Shown: positions 62,559 to 64,000 of the stretch, one piece after another | Layout of the letters: each line of letters opens with the position of its first letter | Position numbering within the stretch: the stretch's first letter is position 1 | Assembly: GCA_905178155.1 (NCBI GenBank) | Contig: CAJINV010000002.1 | Location: forward strand, 5,451,709-5,515,708 | Direction: 5' to 3' | DNA length: 64,000 bases | Origin: Amoebophrya sp. A120 | Lineage: Eukaryota; Protista; Dinoflagellata | The notes under the pieces: generated by a model | Database searches by the model: none | Seen by the model: the letters and a program-made list of their open reading frames with translations, nothing else | What the model was told of the DNA's origin: nothing | Translations under genes and position numbers: made by a program

Positions 62559-64000
62559 ATGTCCTCCACCACTTCCTTTTATGGGGGCACGGTGAACACC
62601 CGGGCCAGCAACACGCCCCGCGAGAAGCAGCCCCGACACTACGCCCGGGTTCCGATTGTGAATATGAGCGGCAGTGCCTACTTCATCGCCGTTCCCACCC
62701 CGGTCGTGCAGACGAGCACAACTGCCTCGGCCGGAGTGTTGAACAATAACTACGGCGCATTCCATCTCGCTGCAAACTACAACAACGCTGACCCAGAAGG
62801 AGGGAGTTTATTTCACCCGACCGGCGGCGCGGCTTCTAACCTACAGCACACGGCACCGGGTGCGGTGCAAAACATCCACAGCCGTTACGAGGACTTTTTC
62901 TTCTCAGACAACACGAACGCCGGGTTCACAGCGGCAGGAGCATCATCTTCGAAAGACTACATATCCATCGCAAAAGTATCGTTATCGTACGAGTTGTAGT
63001 AATTTTTGCATGGCACCACACTTTATCAGCATGACGAAAAATTCAATTTGTAAGGCTGAATGAGGTAGGAAGCAGCCAGATATGTCATGCAAGACTGCAG
63101 CTAGTACGAACGAGCTTGACATTTTTGCAAAGGATGTGACATTACGAGAGCGCGCAATAAAGGCGTACGAAGCAACGCCTCTGCGGGCAGCGGCTCCCAC
63201 AGCCAAGGGCCGCCGTCTTTGGCGGACCAGAATCAGCTGCAAAAATCAAAGTCCTGCGCGACGAGCAGCAGCCGCAAGATGAAGCAGAACTCGCGGACGC
63301 GGGAATCTTCGGTCGTGAGCCGCAAGACGTTACTTTCGGAACGGGGCAGCTGTCTCCGGAATCGCGACGACGATCCGTTCGTGCGGCAGTGGGATTTTTC
63401 TGACAACGAGGACTTTTCTGACGAGGACCACTTACTCCAGAATTTCAACTTGTTGAAGAACCTCCACGATTCGCCGGCGTCCAGCGAGAGTACGGATGAG
63501 GAGGAAGTTCTTTCCGATGTGGAGCTGCACGATAAGCATCTACTTCAACACCGGCACAGCGACGGTATGAGCAGTAGCTCCACCAGCACGGAGGAAAGCG
63601 ATCTGGCGCTCGACAGCTGCGGGCCGATTGGGAAAATGCTGTACTCGAAGCACATGTTCATTCAGCACAAGTCTGCTTATCAACTGTAAAAATGTCTGGG
63701 TCTGGAAGAATGGAACTTGTGATGCTAAATCTGAAGCATACAAAAATCTGTGTTGCATGATTACCAAAAGTCGTCCAGTTTTGGCCAAGTCGGGAGGGAG
63801 TTTCTCATGCAGGATAGGCATGAGAGAGAGTGCGCAGAATCTGTCATTTTAGGTCCTGCATTACAGACCTCATGGGTCATGAAAAAGCTGCATGACAAAT
63901 CGCGCATTCTTCCAGACCCAGACATTTTTACATTTGATACTGCTGCCCTGTTGGCGAGTCAGCAGCACAGCCAGCATGGTACTGACCCGGATCATCTTAG
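62559..64000 (+). CDS. Hypothetical protein, 5' part (runs off the window); exons 62559-62961, 63142-63677, 63945->64000
   Basis: ORFs 62559 and 63219 join in frame across two introners. No family recognised. Confidence 0.7.
62962..63136. mobile_element. Introner family B (degenerate)
   Basis: TATCCATCGCAAAAGTATCG / ATTTTTGCAAAGGATG. TSD CTACA/TGACA. Frame restored. Confidence 0.82.
63678..63939. mobile_element. Introner family A (forward)
   Basis: TIR TATCAACTGTAAAAATGTCTGGGTCTGGAAGAATG / CATTCTTCCAGACCCAGACATTTTTACATTTGATA. TSD CTGCT. Confidence 0.95.

Noticed and set aside
1-64000. rRNA, tRNA, snRNA or spliced-leader relics
   Set aside because: I could not identify any convincing match by eye. 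A covariance-model search would be needed to exclude them.

Overview
Gene-dense eukaryotic DNA with about 14 protein-coding loci, all on the + strand. Recognisable genes: a multi-cold-shock-domain/RGG protein, SPT4, a very long UTP20, a JMJD6-like JmjC protein, cytochrome b5, a probable SUN-domain protein and CFAP157. The dominant signal is an invasion of introner elements. About 26 short (about 150-300 bp, a few longer) inverted-repeat elements from several families sit inside coding sequence. Nearly all begin TAT and end ATA, most have a 5-bp direct repeat, and removing the element plus 5 nt restores the reading frame in every case. Most cannot be removed by GT-AG splicing, and family A occurs in both orientations. 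This architecture, with unidirectional genes and flagellar genes, suggests the parasitic dinoflagellate Amoebophrya (Syndiniales); that is an inference. A separate 1.47-kb non-coding element with 21-bp inverted repeats, GC hairpins and a 109-bp tandem array occurs as one full and one truncated copy and looks like a non-autonomous Helitron2/Helentron. The truncated copy lies beside an intronless 2OG-Fe(II) oxygenase-like ORF with an in-frame TGA, and the pair is bracketed by a diverged ~500-bp duplication. All gene models were assembled by hand, with no database search or RNA data.
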